A program made the translations under genes and the position numbers. The notes beneath the pieces are model-generated. The model made no database searches. It saw only the letters and a program-made list of their open reading frames with translations, and had not been told where the DNA came from. A DNA stretch of 64,000 nt from Cesiribacter sp. (GTDB lineage: Bacteria > Bacteroidota > Bacteroidia > Cytophagales > Cyclobacteriaceae). Below are positions 9,867-22,532 of this stretch, piece by piece. The DNA is taken from NCBI GenBank assembly GCA_030147305.1, contig JASLAE010000007.1, positions 17,578 to 81,577 on the forward strand, read 5' to 3'. Every line of letters begins with the position of its first letter. Position 1 is the stretch's first letter.

Positions 9867-10058
9867 ATGGAAAAGCTAAAATCATTTGTTGCCGAGTCTT
9901 ACGAAGAGATGAAGCACAAGGTAACCTGGCCAAAGTACAGCGAACTACAACGTAGCTCTATTCTAGTGCTGGTTGCCTCGCTAATCTTCGCCATAACAAT
10001 TGGGTTGATTGACCTTGCGTTTGAAAATGCGCTGGGTTGGTTCTACGACGCTTTTTAA
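9867..10058 (+). CDS. secE: Preprotein translocase subunit SecE
   Basis: EEMKHKVTWP motif plus one TM helix; ATG at 9867 (the ORF-track start overlaps tRNA-Trp). Confidence 0.95.
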   Translation: MEKLKSFVAESYEEMKHKVTWPKYSELQRSSILVLVASLIFAITIGLIDLAFENALGWFYDAF

Positions 10059-10076
10059 TCTAAGATTGTCCGGCAG

Positions 10077-10631
10077 ATGAACGAGCTAAAATGGTACGTA
10101 CTGCGGGCGGTTAGCGGGCAGGAAAAGAAGGTAAAGACCTATCTGGACAATGAGATTGCCAGGCAGGGAATGCAAGAACAAGTTCCGCAGGTGCTAATTC
10201 CGTCTGAAAAAGTATATGAAATGCGCAACGGCAAGAAAAGAGTCCGGGAGCGTAATTTCTTTCCAGGCTATGTTATTTTGTCTGCCGACCTGACCAATGG
10301 TGAGGTTTTACACGTGATCAACAGCATTCCGGGCGTCATTGGCTTTTTGGGTGCGGGCGAAGGCGCCAGTAAAACACCCGTTCCGCTGCGTCAAACAGAG
10401 ATCAACAGGATCCTGGGCAAAGTAGAGGAAGGAGCAGTTGCAGGAGAAAAACTCGAAACACCGTTCATAGTTGGGGAGACGGTAAAAGTAATGGAAGGCC
10501 CCTTCAGTGGTTTCACCGGGACTGTCGAAGAAGTGTTCGAAGAACGCAAAAAACTTAACGTTACGGTTAAGATCTTCGGCCGGAATACTCCGGTAGAGTT
10601 AAATTACATGCAAGTAGAAAAACAAGAATAG
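10077..10631 (+). CDS. nusG: Transcription elongation factor NusG
   Basis: [17 protein letters not shown] and KOW motif (GPFSGFTG...[11 protein letters not shown]). Confidence 0.98.
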   Translation: MNELKWYVLRAVSGQEKKVKTYLDNEIARQGMQEQVPQVLIPSEKVYEMRNGKKRVRERNFFPGYVILSADLTNGEVLHVINSIPGVIGFLGAGEGASKTPVPLRQTEINRILGKVEEGAVAGEKLETPFIVGETVKVMEGPFSGFTGTVEEVFEERKKLNVTVKIFGRNTPVELNYMQVEKQE

Positions 10632-10635
10632 CACA

Positions 10636-11082
10636 ATGGCTAAGGAAGTAACCGGATATGTAAAACTGCAGGTGAAGGGCGGGGCAGCCAACCCGTCGCC
10701 TCCAATAGGTCCTGCACTTGGTAGCAAGGGCTTGAACATCATGGAGTTCTGTAAGCAGTTCAATGCAAGAACTCAGGATAAAATGGGACAGGTATTACCG
10801 GTAGTAATTACCGTATATTCTGATAAATCTTTTGAATTCGTGATCAAAACTCCACCAGCAGCTGTGCTGTTGATGGATGCGATTAAAAAGAAAGGTGGAT
10901 CAGCAGAGCCTAACCGTATCAAAGTTGGTAATGTAAGCTGGGATCAGGTGCGCCAGATCGCAGAAACTAAAATGCCAGATTTAAACGCATTTGAGCTGGA
11001 TGCAGCCATGCGTATGGTGGCAGGTACTGCAAGAAGCATGGGAATAACTGTATCAGGCGAAGCACCCTGGGAAAAAGCGTAA
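10636..11082 (+). CDS. rplK: 50S ribosomal protein L11
   Basis: [15 protein letters not shown] and GTARSMG motifs. Confidence 0.99.
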   Translation: MAKEVTGYVKLQVKGGAANPSPPIGPALGSKGLNIMEFCKQFNARTQDKMGQVLPVVITVYSDKSFEFVIKTPPAAVLLMDAIKKKGGSAEPNRIKVGNVSWDQVRQIAETKMPDLNAFELDAAMRMVAGTARSMGITVSGEAPWEKA

Positions 11083-11087
11083 GAACT

Positions 11088-11786
11088 ATGGCAAAGTTGA
11101 CAAAAAATAAAAAAGCTGCGCTTAGCAAATTTGATCGCCAGAAAGAATATAGTCTGGAAGAAGCAGCACAACTGGTAAAGGAAATAACCTTTTCTAAGTT
11201 CGATGCCTCTGTAGACATTGACGTTCGCCTGGGTGTTGACCCGCGTAAAGCAGATCAAATGGTGCGTGGCGTTGTATCGCTGCCACATGGCACAGGTAAG
11301 GAAGTACGCGTTTTAGCGCTTGTAACGCCTGATAAAGAAGCTGAAGCAAGAGAAGCCGGTGCAGACTTTGTTGGTCTGGACGAGTTTATCTCTAAAATTG
11401 AAGGTGGCTGGACAGATATCGATGTGATCATCACCATGCCTACTGTAATGGCAAAAGTTGGTAAACTGGGCCGTGTTTTAGGTCCGCGTGGTTTAATGCC
11501 TAACCCTAAGTCGGGTACGGTTACCATGGATGTTGCCAAAGCTGTTAAAGAAGTGAAACAGGGTAAAATCGACTTTAAAGTTGACAAGACCGGTATCATT
11601 CATGCAAGCGTGGGCAAAGTAAGCTTCACCCCCGAAAAAATCATGGACAATATTCGCGAAATGCTGAATACCATTTCCCGCCTGAAGCCATCTTCAGCCA
11701 AGGGTACGTATTTCAAAAGCATTCACGTCTCCAGCACCATGAGCCCAGGTATAACTGTAGATAAAAGTTCTGTAGCAGGATTGTAA
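11088..11786 (+). CDS. rplA: 50S ribosomal protein L1
   Basis: LPHGTGK and [11 protein letters not shown] motifs. Confidence 0.99.
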   Translation: MAKLTKNKKAALSKFDRQKEYSLEEAAQLVKEITFSKFDASVDIDVRLGVDPRKADQMVRGVVSLPHGTGKEVRVLALVTPDKEAEAREAGADFVGLDEFISKIEGGWTDIDVIITMPTVMAKVGKLGRVLGPRGLMPNPKSGTVTMDVAKAVKEVKQGKIDFKVDKTGIIHASVGKVSFTPEKIMDNIREMLNTISRLKPSSAKGTYFKSIHVSSTMSPGITVDKSSVAGL

Positions 11787-11788
11787 TC

Positions 11789-12325
11789 ATGACCAGAGAA
11801 GAAAAAGCCCAGATCATAGACGATCTTAAGGATAAATTCCGCAATAACAGCCACTTCTATATCACAGATGCCTCAGGCATGACGGTTGCCGAAGTGAACG
11901 CCCTGCGCCGACTTTGCTTTCAGAGCGGTCTGGAGTACCGGGTTATAAAAAATACTTTCATCGCAAAAGCGCTGGAGGACATGGATTCCGATTTTTCAGG
12001 ACTTAATGATAAAGTACTGAAGGGTTTCTCAGGCGTGTTGTTTTCTAAGGAAAACGCCAATGCCCCTGCTAAACTTATCCAGGATTTCCAGAAAAAGCAC
12101 AGCAAAAAATTCACTTTTAAAGGGGCTTCCATCGATTCCGATCTCTTTATAGGTGATGACCAGCTGGAAACGCTGTCTAAGCTGAAATCAAAACAACAGC
12201 TTATCGGCGAAATCATTGGGTTGCTGAACTCTCCAGTACAGAATGTACTTGGCGCCCTGAACAGCGGCAAGCACATCATTGCGGGTGTAGTAAAAACCCT
12301 TCAAGAAAAACAACAATCAGAATAA
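11789..12325 (+). CDS. rplJ: 50S ribosomal protein L10
   Basis: L10-like sequence (GMTVAEVNALR, VIKNT); position between rplA and rplL. Confidence 0.96.
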   Translation: MTREEKAQIIDDLKDKFRNNSHFYITDASGMTVAEVNALRRLCFQSGLEYRVIKNTFIAKALEDMDSDFSGLNDKVLKGFSGVLFSKENANAPAKLIQDFQKKHSKKFTFKGASIDSDLFIGDDQLETLSKLKSKQQLIGEIIGLLNSPVQNVLGALNSGKHIIAGVVKTLQEKQQSE

Positions 12326-12351
12326 CATTCAATTTTAAAAGGTAATCTAAA

Positions 12352-12732
12352 ATGGCAGATCTTAAAGCGTTTGCAGAGCAGTTAGTGAACCTAACCGTTA
12401 AAGAAGTTAACGAGTTAGCAACTATCCTTAAGGACGAGTACGGTATTGAGCCTGCTGCTGCCGCTGCTCCCGCAGCCGTAGCTGGTGGTGCAGCTGGTGG
12501 TGATTCCGCTCCTGCAGAGAAAACAGAGTTCGACGTTGTGCTGAAATCAGCTGGCGCCGCTAAACTTGCTGTAGTTAAGCTTGTAAAAGAATTGACTGGT
12601 CTTGGCCTGAAAGAGGCGAAAGACGTAGTTGATAACGCTCCAAAAGCAATCAAAGAAGGCATCGGTAAAGACGAAGCTGAAGCTCTTAAGAAACAACTTG
12701 AAGAAGCCGGAGCTGAAGTAGAACTGAAGTAA
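12352..12732 (+). CDS. rplL: 50S ribosomal protein L7/L12
   Basis: Ala-rich hinge, EKTEFDV and TGLGLKEAK motifs. Confidence 0.99.
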   Translation: MADLKAFAEQLVNLTVKEVNELATILKDEYGIEPAAAAAPAAVAGGAAGGDSAPAEKTEFDVVLKSAGAAKLAVVKLVKELTGLGLKEAKDVVDNAPKAIKEGIGKDEAEALKKQLEEAGAEVELK

Positions 12733-12770
12733 CTGAATGGACCTGTTTACACGGTCCGACCTATACAATT

Positions 12771-12797
12771 AGGCCTGACGATTATGTCAGGTCTTTT
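12771..12797 (+). terminator. Terminator/attenuator-like hairpin between rplL and rpoB
   Basis: AGGCCTGAC-GATTAT-GTCAGGTCT followed by TTT. Confidence 0.6.
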
Positions 12798-12903
12798 CCT
12801 GTTTGTACCTGTTCCTGTTAATCACGCCCTGGCGAACTAATCTTAACAGGCTTCAGTTCTAAACATTAGTCGGTTTATTTTGGGTCATAAAAGTTCTATA
12901 GTC

Positions 12904-15900
12904 TTGGCAAATACAAAAAACATCGAACGGATAAATTTTGCCTCCATCAAGGCTGTGCTCGACTATCCGGATTTTCTGGATGTGCAGTTACAGTCGTACA
13001 TGGATTTTCTTCAACTCGAAACACCTGCCGACAAGCGTACGCAAGAAGGCTTGTACAAGGTGTTTATGGAGAACTTTCCCATTTCAGATTCCCGCGAGAA
13101 TTTCGTGCTGGAATTTGTTGATTATATGCTGGATCCGCCTAAGTACACCGTGGAGGAGTGTATCGAGCGCGGACTTACTTATTCTGTTCCGCTAAAGGCA
13201 AAACTGCGCCTGCGTTGTAACGATGCTGATAACGAAGACTTCGAAACCATAGAGCAAGAAGTTTTCCTGGGTAATATACCCTACATGACCGAGAAAGGCT
13301 CCTTTGTAATCAATGGAGCTGAACGTGTTATTGTATCTCAGCTACACCGCTCACCAGGCGTATTCTTTGCACAAAGCAAGCATACCAATGGTACCAAACT
13401 TTACTCTGCCAGAATTATCCCTTTCAAAGGATCCTGGATAGAGTTTGCTACGGACGTTAACAACGTGATGTATGCGTACATCGACCGGAAAAAGAAATTT
13501 CCGGTAACTACCTTGTTGCGTGCTATTGGTTATGGTACAGATAAGCAAATACTTGATCTGTTTGGATTAAGTGAAGAAGTTCAGAACAACAAAGCCAACC
13601 TGAAAAAGGTTGTTGGCCGCCGCCTGGCTGCCAGGGTGCTGCGTACCTGGACGGAAGACTTCGTAGACGAAGATACTGGTGAGGTGGTGTCCATTGACCG
13701 GAACGAAGTGTTACTGGAACGTGACTCACTTATTACCGAGGATGATATAGAAACCATTCTTGATTCGGGTTCAGATTCCATTATCCTGCACCGGGAAGAT
13801 GTGAACGTAAATGATTACACGATTATCTACAACACCCTTCAGAAAGATAACTCTAACTCAGAGAAAGAAGCGGTTGAGCAGATTTATCGTCAGCTCCGGA
13901 ATACGGAAGCACCAGACGAACAAACTGCGCGTGATATTATTCACAGCCTGTTCTTCTCCGATAAGCGTTATGACCTGGGTGAAGTAGGTCGCTACCGGAT
14001 CAACAAAAAGCTTGGCCTGGACATCGCTGCCGATACCAAGGTACTTACCACACAGGATATCATCAGCATCGTGAAGTACCTGATCACCCTGATCAACTCA
14101 CGGGCTGTGGTGGACGATATTGACCACTTAAGCAACCGCCGTGTGCGTACCGTAGGGGAGCAGTTGTATGCTCAGTTTGGCGTAGGTCTTGCCCGTATGT
14201 CCCGTACCATTAAGGAACGGATGAACGTACGCGACAACGAAGACTTTAAACCAGTCGACCTGATCAACGCCCGTACCCTATCGTCTGTCATCAACAGCTT
14301 CTTTGGTACCAACCAGCTAAGCCAGTTCATGGACCAGACCAACCCCCTTGCTGAGGTTACGCACAAACGTCGTATGTCGGCCCTGGGACCTGGTGGTTTG
14401 AGCCGTGAGCGAGCCGGTTTCGAGGTACGTGACGTACACTATACACACTATGGTCGCCTGTGTACCATTGAAACGCCGGAGGGACCAAACATTGGTCTTA
14501 TCTCGTCGCTTTGCGTGCATGCCAAGGTAAACCACATGGGCTTTATCGAAACTCCTTACCGTAAGGTGCAGGATGGTACGGTAAGCAGCGATGTAGTGTT
14601 CCTGACAGCCGAAGAAGAAGATACCCATAACATTGCTCAGGCTAATGCGCCGATCGATGACAGTGGTAAATTCATCAATGATAAAGTTAAAGCTCGTTAC
14701 GAAGGTGACTTCCCTGTGTTGGATCCTGACCAGCTGAGCTATATGGATATTGCACCGAACCAGATTGTATCGGTAGCAGCTTCCCTGATTCCATTCCTGG
14801 AGCATGACGATGCTAACCGCGCCCTGATGGGTTCAAACATGCAACGTCAGGCAGTACCACTGCTTCGTCCGGAAGCGCCAATTGTAGGTACAGGTCTGGA
14901 GAAAAGGGTAGCAGCCGACTCTCGTTCCCTGATTGTAGCAGAAGATAATGGCGTTGTAGAGTTTGTTGATTCTACTAAAATCCAGATCCGCTACGATAAA
15001 TCAGACGAGCAGAAACTGGTTTCTTTCGATGATGACATCATCACGCATTCACTGACCAAGTTCCGCCGTACTAACCAGGATACCTGTATCAACCTTAAAC
15101 CAATGGTTTATAAAGGTGAGCGGGTTACCAAAGGACAGATCCTTTGCGAAGGTTATGCAACAGAAGGTGGCGAGCTGGCCCTGGGTCGTAACATGCGCGT
15201 GGCTTTCATGCCATGGCAGGGATATAACTTTGAGGATGCTATCGTAATCTCCGAGCGTGTGGTGCGTGAAGATATCTTCACCTCTATTCACATCGAAGAG
15301 TTTGAGATGGAAGTGCGTGACACCAAACGTGGGGAGGAAGAATTAACTTCTGAAATCCCGAACGTAAGTGAAGAAGCGGTTCGCAATCTTGATGAAAACG
15401 GTATTATCCGCCTTGGTGCAGAAGTACGTGAAGGCGATATCCTGATTGGTAAAATTACCCCGAAAGGGGAAACTGATCCTACACCGGAAGAAAAACTGCT
15501 GCGCGCCATCTTTGGTGATAAAGCAGGTGATGTGAAAGATGCTTCGATGAAAGCGCCTCCGTCACTGGCTGGTGTGGTCATAGATACCAAACTGTTCTCA
15601 CGTCCTAAACGTGATAAAGACTCAAGGGCACGTGCCAAGAAAGAAGTAGATAACCTGAAAGCCCGTTACAGCAAGGATCTGTTGAGCCTGCGTGGTAAAA
15701 TGATCGATAAGCTGGTAAAACTGCTTGATGGCAAAACTTCTCAGGGCATCCGCCACAAGTTCGGTGACGAGATCATGTCGAAAGGCGTGAAATTTGGCCG
15801 TCCGAATGTTGAGTCGAACATCTTCCCGGAGAAAAACATCTACCGCGACGAAAGCACTTATGCTGTTGCAGAAGAGGTAAACATGATTGCCGACCTGAAC

Positions 15901-16770
15901 CTGGAAGGCTGGACGGAAGACGAGCATACCAATAAACTGGTACAGCAACTGGTTAAAAACTACAACCGTCGCCGCAACGAGATCAATGCTCATTTCAAGC
16001 GTAATCGTTTTACACTGGAAGTGGGTGACGAGCTGCCGGCAGGTATTGTACGTCTGGCTAAAGTTTACATTGCCAAGAAGCGTAAGCTGAAGGTAGGTGA
16101 CAAAATGGCTGGCCGTCACGGTAACAAAGGTGTAGTTGCCAAGATTGTTCGTGCAGAAGATATGCCATTCCTGCCAGACGGCACACCAATGGATATCGTA
16201 CTAAACCCGCTGGGCGTACCATCGCGTATGAACCTTGGGCAGATCTACGAGACCGTACTGGGCTGGGCGGGTCTGGAACTGGGCCGCAAGTATGCAACCC
16301 CAATCTTTGATGGTGCTACCATGGAAGAAGTGGCTGCAGAGCTTAAAGCTGCTAAGGTTCCCGAGTTTGGCCGTGCGTATCTGCACGACGGTCGTACCGG
16401 CGAGCGTTTCGACCAACCGGTAACGGTAGGGGTAATCTATATGCTGAAACTGGGTCACCTGGTAGATGATAAGATGCACGCCCGTTCTATCGGACCTTAT
16501 TCACTCATTACACAACAGCCTTTGGGCGGTAAAGCCCAGTTTGGTGGACAGCGTTTTGGTGAGATGGAAGTTTGGGCACTGGAAGCATTCGGTGCAGCCA
16601 ACATCCTGCAAGAGATCCTGACGGTTAAATCTGACGACGTAGTAGGCCGAGCCAAAGCATACGAAGCCATTGTTAAAGGCGAAAATATGCCACGTCCTAA
16701 TATTCCAGAGTCATTCAACGTGTTGGTACACGAACTTCGTGGTCTGGCACTTGAAATTACGATGGACTAA
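12904..16770 (+). CDS. rpoB: RNA polymerase beta subunit
   Basis: [22 protein letters not shown] and [14 protein letters not shown] motifs. Start uncertain (TTG 12880 or 12904). Confidence 0.98.
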   Translation: MANTKNIERINFASIKAVLDYPDFLDVQLQSYMDFLQLETPADKRTQEGLYKVFMENFPISDSRENFVLEFVDYMLDPPKYTVEECIERGLTYSVPLKAKLRLRCNDADNEDFETIEQEVFLGNIPYMTEKGSFVINGAERVIVSQLHRSPGVFFAQSKHTNGTKLYSARIIPFKGSWIEFATDVNNVMYAYIDRKKKFPVTTLLRAIGYGTDKQILDLFGLSEEVQNNKANLKKVVGRRLAARVLRTWTEDFVDEDTGEVVSIDRNEVLLERDSLITEDDIETILDSGSDSIILHREDVNVNDYTIIYNTLQKDNSNSEKEAVEQIYRQLRNTEAPDEQTARDIIHSLFFSDKRYDLGEVGRYRINKKLGLDIAADTKVLTTQDIISIVKYLITLINSRAVVDDIDHLSNRRVRTVGEQLYAQFGVGLARMSRTIKERMNVRDNEDFKPVDLINARTLSSVINSFFGTNQLSQFMDQTNPLAEVTHKRRMSALGPGGLSRERAGFEVRDVHYTHYGRLCTIETPEGPNIGLISSLCVHAKVNHMGFIETPYRKVQDGTVSSDVVFLTAEEEDTHNIAQANAPIDDSGKFINDKVKARYEGDFPVLDPDQLSYMDIAPNQIVSVAASLIPFLEHDDANRALMGSNMQRQAVPLLRPEAPIVGTGLEKRVAADSRSLIVAEDNGVVEFVDSTKIQIRYDKSDEQKLVSFDDDIITHSLTKFRRTNQDTCINLKPMVYKGERVTKGQILCEGYATEGGELALGRNMRVAFMPWQGYNFEDAIVISERVVREDIFTSIHIEEFEMEVRDTKRGEEELTSEIPNVSEEAVRNLDENGIIRLGAEVREGDILIGKITPKGETDPTPEEKLLRAIFGDKAGDVKDASMKAPPSLAGVVIDTKLFSRPKRDKDSRARAKKEVDNLKARYSKDLLSLRGKMIDKLVKLLDGKTSQGIRHKFGDEIMSKGVKFGRPNVESNIFPEKNIYRDESTYAVAEEVNMIADLNLEGWTEDEHTNKLVQQLVKNYNRRRNEINAHFKRNRFTLEVGDELPAGIVRLAKVYIAKKRKLKVGDKMAGRHGNKGVVAKIVRAEDMPFLPDGTPMDIVLNPLGVPSRMNLGQIYETVLGWAGLELGRKYATPIFDGATMEEVAAELKAAKVPEFGRAYLHDGRTGERFDQPVTVGVIYMLKLGHLVDDKMHARSIGPYSLITQQPLGGKAQFGGQRFGEMEVWALEAFGAANILQEILTVKSDDVVGRAKAYEAIVKGENMPRPNIPESFNVLVHELRGLALEITMD

Positions 16771-16781
16771 ATTATTTCCTG

Positions 16782-16808
16782 AGGGTACCCGCTAACGGGT
16801 ACCCTTTT
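16782..16808 (+). terminator. Terminator-like hairpin between rpoB and rpoC
   Basis: Perfect 10-bp stem AGGGTACCCG-CTAA-CGGGTACCCT plus TTT. Confidence 0.5.
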
Positions 16809-16870
16809 GGAACCTATCGTCCGAAAAAACCTTTACAGGTTCGCTAAACAACGATTCAATAAACATCGGT

Positions 16871-19800
16871 ATGGCATTTCGTAAAAATAAAAAGCTCAAC
16901 ATTGACTTCTCCAAAGTTACTATCAGCCTGGCCTCTCCGGAATCGATTCTGGAAAGCTCTCATGGTGAAGTAACGCAGCCAGAGACCATCAACTACCGGA
17001 CGTATAAGCCGGAGATGGGCGGTCTTTTCTGCGAGCGTATCTTCGGTCCTGTAAAAGACTGGGAGTGTCATTGTGGTAAGTACAAACGTATTCGTTATAA
17101 AGGCATTATCTGCGACCGCTGCGGGGTAGAAGTTACCGAGAAAAAGGTGCGTCGCGAGCGGATGGGCCACATTGAACTAGTGGTGCCGGTAGCTCATATC
17201 TGGTATTTCCGTTCCTTGCCAAACAAGATCGGTTACCTGTTGGGACTGCCCACTAAAAAACTGGACCAGGTTATTTACTACGAGCGCTATGTAGTAATTC
17301 AGCCAGGCTTAAAGGCAGAAGATGGTGTAAACACCATGGACTTCCTGACTGAAGATGAGTACCTGGACATTATTGATAAACTGCCGCGCGAGAACCAACT
17401 GCTCGACGACAGCGATCCGAATAAATTCATTGCCAAGATGGGTGCAGAAGCGCTGGAAATGCTGCTTTCTCGTACGCAACTGGATGAATTATCTTATGAA
17501 CTGCGCCACCAGGCTGCTACAGACTCTTCGCAGCAGCGTAAAGCTGAAGCGCTTAAGCGTCTGAAAGTAGTAGAAGCTTTCCGTGATGCCAACACCCGCG
17601 TGGTGAACCGTCCCGAGTGGATGATCATCAAGATGGTGCCGGTCATTCCACCGGAACTTCGTCCGCTGGTGCCGCTGGATGGTGGCCGTTTTGCTACCTC
17701 CGACCTGAACGACCTGTACCGCCGCGTAATTATCCGTAACAACCGTCTGAAGCGCCTGATCGATATCAAAGCGCCGGAGGTAATCTTACGGAACGAGAAG
17801 CGGATGCTGCAGGAAGCAGTCGATTCGTTATTCGATAACAGCCGTAAAGTAAATGCGGTACGTTCTGACGGTAACCGTGCACTGAAGTCGCTTTCAGACA
17901 TGCTGAAAGGTAAGCAGGGCCGTTTCCGCCAAAACCTGTTGGGTAAGCGGGTTGACTACTCTGGCCGTTCGGTAATTGTGGTAGGTCCGGAGCTTAAACT
18001 GCATGAGTGCGGTCTGCCTAAGAATATGGCAGCAGAGCTCTTTAAACCATTTATTATTCGCAAGCTGATTGAGCGCGGTATCGTTAAGACCGTAAAATCA
18101 GCTAAGAAAATAGTAGACCGGAAAGATCCGGTGGTATGGGATATCCTGGAAAACGTTCTGAAGGGTCACCCTGTGCTCCTGAACCGTGCGCCAACCCTGC
18201 ACCGTCTGGGTATTCAGGCCTTCCAGCCTAAACTGATCGAAGGTAAAGCGATTCAGCTGCACCCCCTTGTGTGTACAGCCTTCAACGCTGACTTTGACGG
18301 TGACCAGATGGCGGTACACGTACCACTGGGTCATGAAGCAATTCTGGAAGCTTCAATTCTGATGCTAGCTTCGCACAATATCCTGAACCCTGCCAACGGT
18401 GCACCTATTGCTGTACCATCGCAGGACATGGTACTGGGTCTGTATTACGTGACCAAGGGTCGCCGTGGTACGCCGGAGCTTAAAGTACAGGGTGAAGGCA
18501 TGCGTTTCTATTCAGCCGAGGAGGTAATCATTGCGCTGAATGAAAAACGCCTGAGCCAGCATGCGTACATCTTTGTGAGAACAAAAGTGCGCAACCCTGA
18601 AACTGGCGTACTGGAGGCTAAGATGATCGAGACCGTTGCCGGTCGCGTACTCTTTAACCAGCATGTACCAGAAGAAGTAGGTTTTGTGGATGAACTGCTG
18701 ACCAAGAAAAAGCTTCAGCAAATCATTTCGCAGGTATTCAAGATTGTAGGTATGGCCCGTACGGCCCACTTCCTGGACGACATCAAGGAACTTGGTTTCC
18801 AAAGTGCGTATCGCGGTGGTCTGTCCATGGGTCTGGGCGATATCCTGGTACCTGAGAACAAAGACTTAATGATCAATCAGGCCAAAGAAGAAGTTGATGC
18901 CGTTTGGAACAACTACCTCATGGGTCTTATTACAGATAACGAACGCTACAACCAGGTGATTGACATCTGGACCCGCGTTAACTCACAGTTAACCGGTCGC
19001 CTGATGCAGCAGATGGAGGATGACAAACAGGGCTTTAACTCTATCTTCATGATGATGCACTCCGGAGCCCGTGGTTCCCGTGAGCAGATTCGTCAGCTGG
19101 GTGGTATGCGGGGTCTGATGGCTAAGCCACAGAAAAACCTTCAGGGTTCAGTAGGTGAGATTATCGAAAACCCGATCCTTTCTAACTTCATGGAAGGTCT
19201 GGACGTAATCGAGTACTTTATCTCCACCCACGGTGCTCGTAAAGGTCTTGCCGATACGGCCCTTAAAACTGCCGATGCCGGTTACCTGACCCGTCGTCTG
19301 GTAGACGTAGCCCAGGACGTGGTGGTGAACGAGCCTGACTGTGGTACCCTGCGTGGTATTACCGTAACGGCGCTGAAAGACAACGAAGACGTTGTTGAGC
19401 CACTGAGCGAACGTATTCTTGGCCGTGTAACTGTTCACGATGTGTATGATCCGATCACGGATGAGCTTATCGTGAAAGCCGGTGAGGAAGTAACCGAAGA
19501 GCTGGCAAACCGCATAGACGAGACATCGGTAGAAGAAGTAGAAATCCGTTCTGCCCTTACCTGTGAAACTCGTCAGGGTATTTGTGCCAAGTGCTACGGA
19601 CGTAACCTTGCCTCTGGCCGTATGGTGCAGAAAGGCGAAGCGGTAGGTGTAATTGCAGCGCAGTCAATTGGCGAGCCTGGTACACAGCTTACACTCCGTA
19701 CCTTCCACGTAGGTGGTACTGCCTCTAACATTGCAGTAGAAGCCCAGATCAGAGCTAAGTTTGATGGTACTATTCGCTTCGAAGAGCTGCGTACCATTAA

Positions 19801-21193
19801 CACAACCAACGACGAAGGTGAGAACATCACAGTAGTGATGGGACGCTCTGGTGAAATCCAGATTGTAGATGAAAAGTCTAACAAGGTCCTGATCTCTAAC
19901 CACGTGCCTTACGGTGCTTTCTTAACTGTAAAGGATGGTGATAAAGTAAGCAAGAACGATCAGATCTGCTTCTGGGATCCATACAATGCGGTAATCCTTT
20001 CGGAACTGGATGGTAAGATTGAGTTTGATGCCATTGAGGAAGGTATTACCTACCGCGAGGAGTCTGACGAACAAACAGGCCACCGTGAGAAGGTAATTAC
20101 TGAAACTAAGGATAAGACAAAGAACCCATCTATCGTCGTAAACACTGGTAGCGATTCAACCAAAGGGTATAACATACCTGTAGGTGCTCACCTGGTGGTA
20201 GATGCCGGGGATAAAGTGAAAAAAGGACAGGTACTGGCGAAGATACCACGTACCATGGGTAAATCACGCGATATTACCGGTGGTCTGCCACGGGTAACAG
20301 AGCTTTTCGAAGCCCGTAACCCATCTAACCCGGCCGTTGTGTCAGAGATTGATGGTGTGGTAACTTATGGTTCTATCAAGCGTGGTAACCGCGAGATCTT
20401 CATCGAGTCGAAAGATGGTGTGAAGAAACGCTACCTGGTTCCCCTGTCTAAGCACATTCTGGTACAGGATAATGACTTTATCCGCGCTGGTATTCCGCTT
20501 TCAGATGGTGCAGTAACGCCTGCAGACATCCTGAACATCAAAGGTCCAACTGCTGTGCAGGAGTACCTTGTAAATGAAATTCAGGAAGTATACCGTCTAC
20601 AGGGTGTGAAGATCAACGACAAGCATATTGAAGTGATCGTGCGCCAGATGATGCAGAAAGTGTTTGTAGTAGATCCGGGTGATACCAGCTTCCTGCCAAA
20701 CCAACTGGTAGACCGCTTTGCCTTCTTTGAAGAGAATGACGATATTCTGGACAAGAAAGTAGTGGTAGATGCCGGCGATTCAACCTCTTTGAAACCAGGC
20801 ATGATCGTAAATGCCCGCCGCCTGCGTGAGGAAAACTCCAAGCTGAAGCGTAATGACCAGAAGCTGGTGGAAGTAAGAGATGCAGCTCCGGCAGTATCAC
20901 AGCCAACACTTCAGGGTATTACACAGGCATCGCTGGGAACAGAAAGCTTTATCTCGGCGGCTTCCTTCCAGGAAACCACCAAGGTATTGAGTGAAGCTTC
21001 GATCCGTGGTAAAGCAGACTATCTGATGGGTCTGAAAGAAAACGTGATCGTAGGCCACCTGATTCCGGCAGGTACGGGTATGCGTGACTTTAACCGTGTG
21101 CTGGTTTATTCAGGAGATGAATACAGCCGTGTGAAAGCAAGCAGCCACGAAGATGCTCCGGTAGCATACGAGAAACAATTAGAAGCAAGATAA
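16871..21193 (+). CDS. rpoC: RNA polymerase beta' subunit
   Basis: NADFDGD catalytic motif and zinc-binding Cys clusters. Confidence 0.99.
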   Translation: MAFRKNKKLNIDFSKVTISLASPESILESSHGEVTQPETINYRTYKPEMGGLFCERIFGPVKDWECHCGKYKRIRYKGIICDRCGVEVTEKKVRRERMGHIELVVPVAHIWYFRSLPNKIGYLLGLPTKKLDQVIYYERYVVIQPGLKAEDGVNTMDFLTEDEYLDIIDKLPRENQLLDDSDPNKFIAKMGAEALEMLLSRTQLDELSYELRHQAATDSSQQRKAEALKRLKVVEAFRDANTRVVNRPEWMIIKMVPVIPPELRPLVPLDGGRFATSDLNDLYRRVIIRNNRLKRLIDIKAPEVILRNEKRMLQEAVDSLFDNSRKVNAVRSDGNRALKSLSDMLKGKQGRFRQNLLGKRVDYSGRSVIVVGPELKLHECGLPKNMAAELFKPFIIRKLIERGIVKTVKSAKKIVDRKDPVVWDILENVLKGHPVLLNRAPTLHRLGIQAFQPKLIEGKAIQLHPLVCTAFNADFDGDQMAVHVPLGHEAILEASILMLASHNILNPANGAPIAVPSQDMVLGLYYVTKGRRGTPELKVQGEGMRFYSAEEVIIALNEKRLSQHAYIFVRTKVRNPETGVLEAKMIETVAGRVLFNQHVPEEVGFVDELLTKKKLQQIISQVFKIVGMARTAHFLDDIKELGFQSAYRGGLSMGLGDILVPENKDLMINQAKEEVDAVWNNYLMGLITDNERYNQVIDIWTRVNSQLTGRLMQQMEDDKQGFNSIFMMMHSGARGSREQIRQLGGMRGLMAKPQKNLQGSVGEIIENPILSNFMEGLDVIEYFISTHGARKGLADTALKTADAGYLTRRLVDVAQDVVVNEPDCGTLRGITVTALKDNEDVVEPLSERILGRVTVHDVYDPITDELIVKAGEEVTEELANRIDETSVEEVEIRSALTCETRQGICAKCYGRNLASGRMVQKGEAVGVIAAQSIGEPGTQLTLRTFHVGGTASNIAVEAQIRAKFDGTIRFEELRTINTTNDEGENITVVMGRSGEIQIVDEKSNKVLISNHVPYGAFLTVKDGDKVSKNDQICFWDPYNAVILSELDGKIEFDAIEEGITYREESDEQTGHREKVITETKDKTKNPSIVVNTGSDSTKGYNIPVGAHLVVDAGDKVKKGQVLAKIPRTMGKSRDITGGLPRVTELFEARNPSNPAVVSEIDGVVTYGSIKRGNREIFIESKDGVKKRYLVPLSKHILVQDNDFIRAGIPLSDGAVTPADILNIKGPTAVQEYLVNEIQEVYRLQGVKINDKHIEVIVRQMMQKVFVVDPGDTSFLPNQLVDRFAFFEENDDILDKKVVVDAGDSTSLKPGMIVNARRLREENSKLKRNDQKLVEVRDAAPAVSQPTLQGITQASLGTESFISAASFQETTKVLSEASIRGKADYLMGLKENVIVGHLIPAGTGMRDFNRVLVYSGDEYSRVKASSHEDAPVAYEKQLEAR

Positions 21194-21203
21194 GCGTAAA
21201 CGA

Positions 21204-21536
21204 ATGGCAGATCAGGATCCTAAGAAAACCCTCAAGCCTCAGCAGATCAACATCGAGCTGACAGAGGAAATAGCCGAGGGTGTGTATTCCAATCTGGCTA
21301 TGGTTGCGCACTCCAACTCGGAGTTTGTCATAGATTTTATCCGGCTGATGCCGGGTGTACCCAAAGCAAAAGTGAAAGCACGGGTGATTTTAACCCCAGA
21401 ACATGCAAAGCGTTTGCTGCAGGCCCTGAGTGATAATATCTCCAAATTTGAAGATAACTTTGGGACCATAAAGCAGGCAGACGAGGAGCAGGTGCGCTTT
21501 CCCCTGAATTTTGGTGGCACCATCGGTGAAGCCTGA
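21204..21536 (+). CDS. DUF3467-like conserved protein
   Basis: AEGVYSNLAMVAHSNSEFVIDF...RVILTPEHAKRL; resembles the small protein I recall following rpoC in Bacteroidota. Confidence 0.85.
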   Translation: MADQDPKKTLKPQQINIELTEEIAEGVYSNLAMVAHSNSEFVIDFIRLMPGVPKAKVKARVILTPEHAKRLLQALSDNISKFEDNFGTIKQADEEQVRFPLNFGGTIGEA

Positions 21537-21561
21537 AAAAAGTATATAAAGTATTCATTTT

Positions 21562-21602
21562 AAAATAGTACAGACATTCTCTTGGAATGTCTGTACTATT
21601 TT
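21562..21602 (+). terminator. 18-bp perfect inverted repeat ending the rpoBC-DUF3467 unit
   Basis: AAAATAGTACAGACATTC-TCTTG-GAATGTCTGTACTATTTT. Confidence 0.75.
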
Positions 21603-21612
21603 TATAGTTTTG
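21582..21612 (+). promoter_or_regulatory. Promoter of the rpsL (str) operon
   Basis: TTG (21582-21584), 20-nt spacer, TAGTTTTG (21605-21612). Confidence 0.65.
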
Positions 21613-21661
21613 CAGTCCGAAAATCCGATCTTGGAGTAAGTAGATAAACCAGGTAATTAGA

Positions 21662-22042
21662 ATGCCTACTATTCAGCAATTAGTAAGAAAAGGCAGGAAG
21701 CAACTGACCTCAAAATCAAAATCACCGGCGCTGGATGCATGTCCTCAGCGTCGCGGCGTGTGTACACGTGTGTACACCACAACGCCAAAGAAACCGAACT
21801 CTGCCATGCGTAAAGTAGCTCGTGTACGTCTTACCAACGGTAAAGAAGTAAACGCATACATACCAGGCGAGGGCCATAACCTGCAGGAGCACTCAATCGT
21901 GCTGATCCGTGGTGGTCGTGTAAAAGACCTACCAGGTGTTCGTTATCACATCATCCGTGGTGCACTGGATACAGCAGGGGTAAGTGGTCGTCTTCAGGCT
22001 CGTTCTAAATACGGTGCTAAAAGACCAAAAGCGAAAAGCTAA
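21662..22042 (+). CDS. rpsL: 30S ribosomal protein S12
   Basis: [15 protein letters not shown] and [12 protein letters not shown] motifs. Confidence 0.99.
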   Translation: MPTIQQLVRKGRKQLTSKSKSPALDACPQRRGVCTRVYTTTPKKPNSAMRKVARVRLTNGKEVNAYIPGEGHNLQEHSIVLIRGGRVKDLPGVRYHIIRGALDTAGVSGRLQARSKYGAKRPKAKS

Positions 22043-22061
22043 TATTTGAGTAAACAATACA

Positions 22062-22529
22062 ATGAGAAAAAGTAAGCCTAAAAAGAGATATATTCTACCG
22101 GATCCAAAGTTTGGAGACACCATGGTTTCTAAGTTTGTGAACTACATGATGGTGGACGGTAAGAAGAGTATTGCCTACAGCATTTTCTATGACGCCGTAG
22201 CGATCGTGGAAAACAAAACTGGCGAGAATGGTCTCGAAACCTGGCGTAAGGCATTGAACAACGTAATGCCAAGCGTAGAGGTGAAAAGCCGTCGTGTCGG
22301 TGGTGCAACCTTCCAGGTTCCACAGGAAGTGCGTCCGGAACGCAAAACTTCACTGGGTATAAAATGGCTCATCAGCTATGCTCGTAACCGTGGTGAAAAA
22401 ACCATGACTGAGAAGCTTGCTGGCGAAATAATTTCTGCTTCTAAGGGTGAAGGTGCTGCTATCAAGAAAAAAGATGATACACACCGTATGGCTGAGGCGA
22501 ACAAGGCATTCTCACACTTCAGATTCTAA
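22062..22529 (+). CDS. rpsG: 30S ribosomal protein S7
   Basis: [12 protein letters not shown] and [10 protein letters not shown] motifs. Confidence 0.99.
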   Translation: MRKSKPKKRYILPDPKFGDTMVSKFVNYMMVDGKKSIAYSIFYDAVAIVENKTGENGLETWRKALNNVMPSVEVKSRRVGGATFQVPQEVRPERKTSLGIKWLISYARNRGEKTMTEKLAGEIISASKGEGAAIKKKDDTHRMAEANKAFSHFRF

Positions 22530-22532
22530 AAA

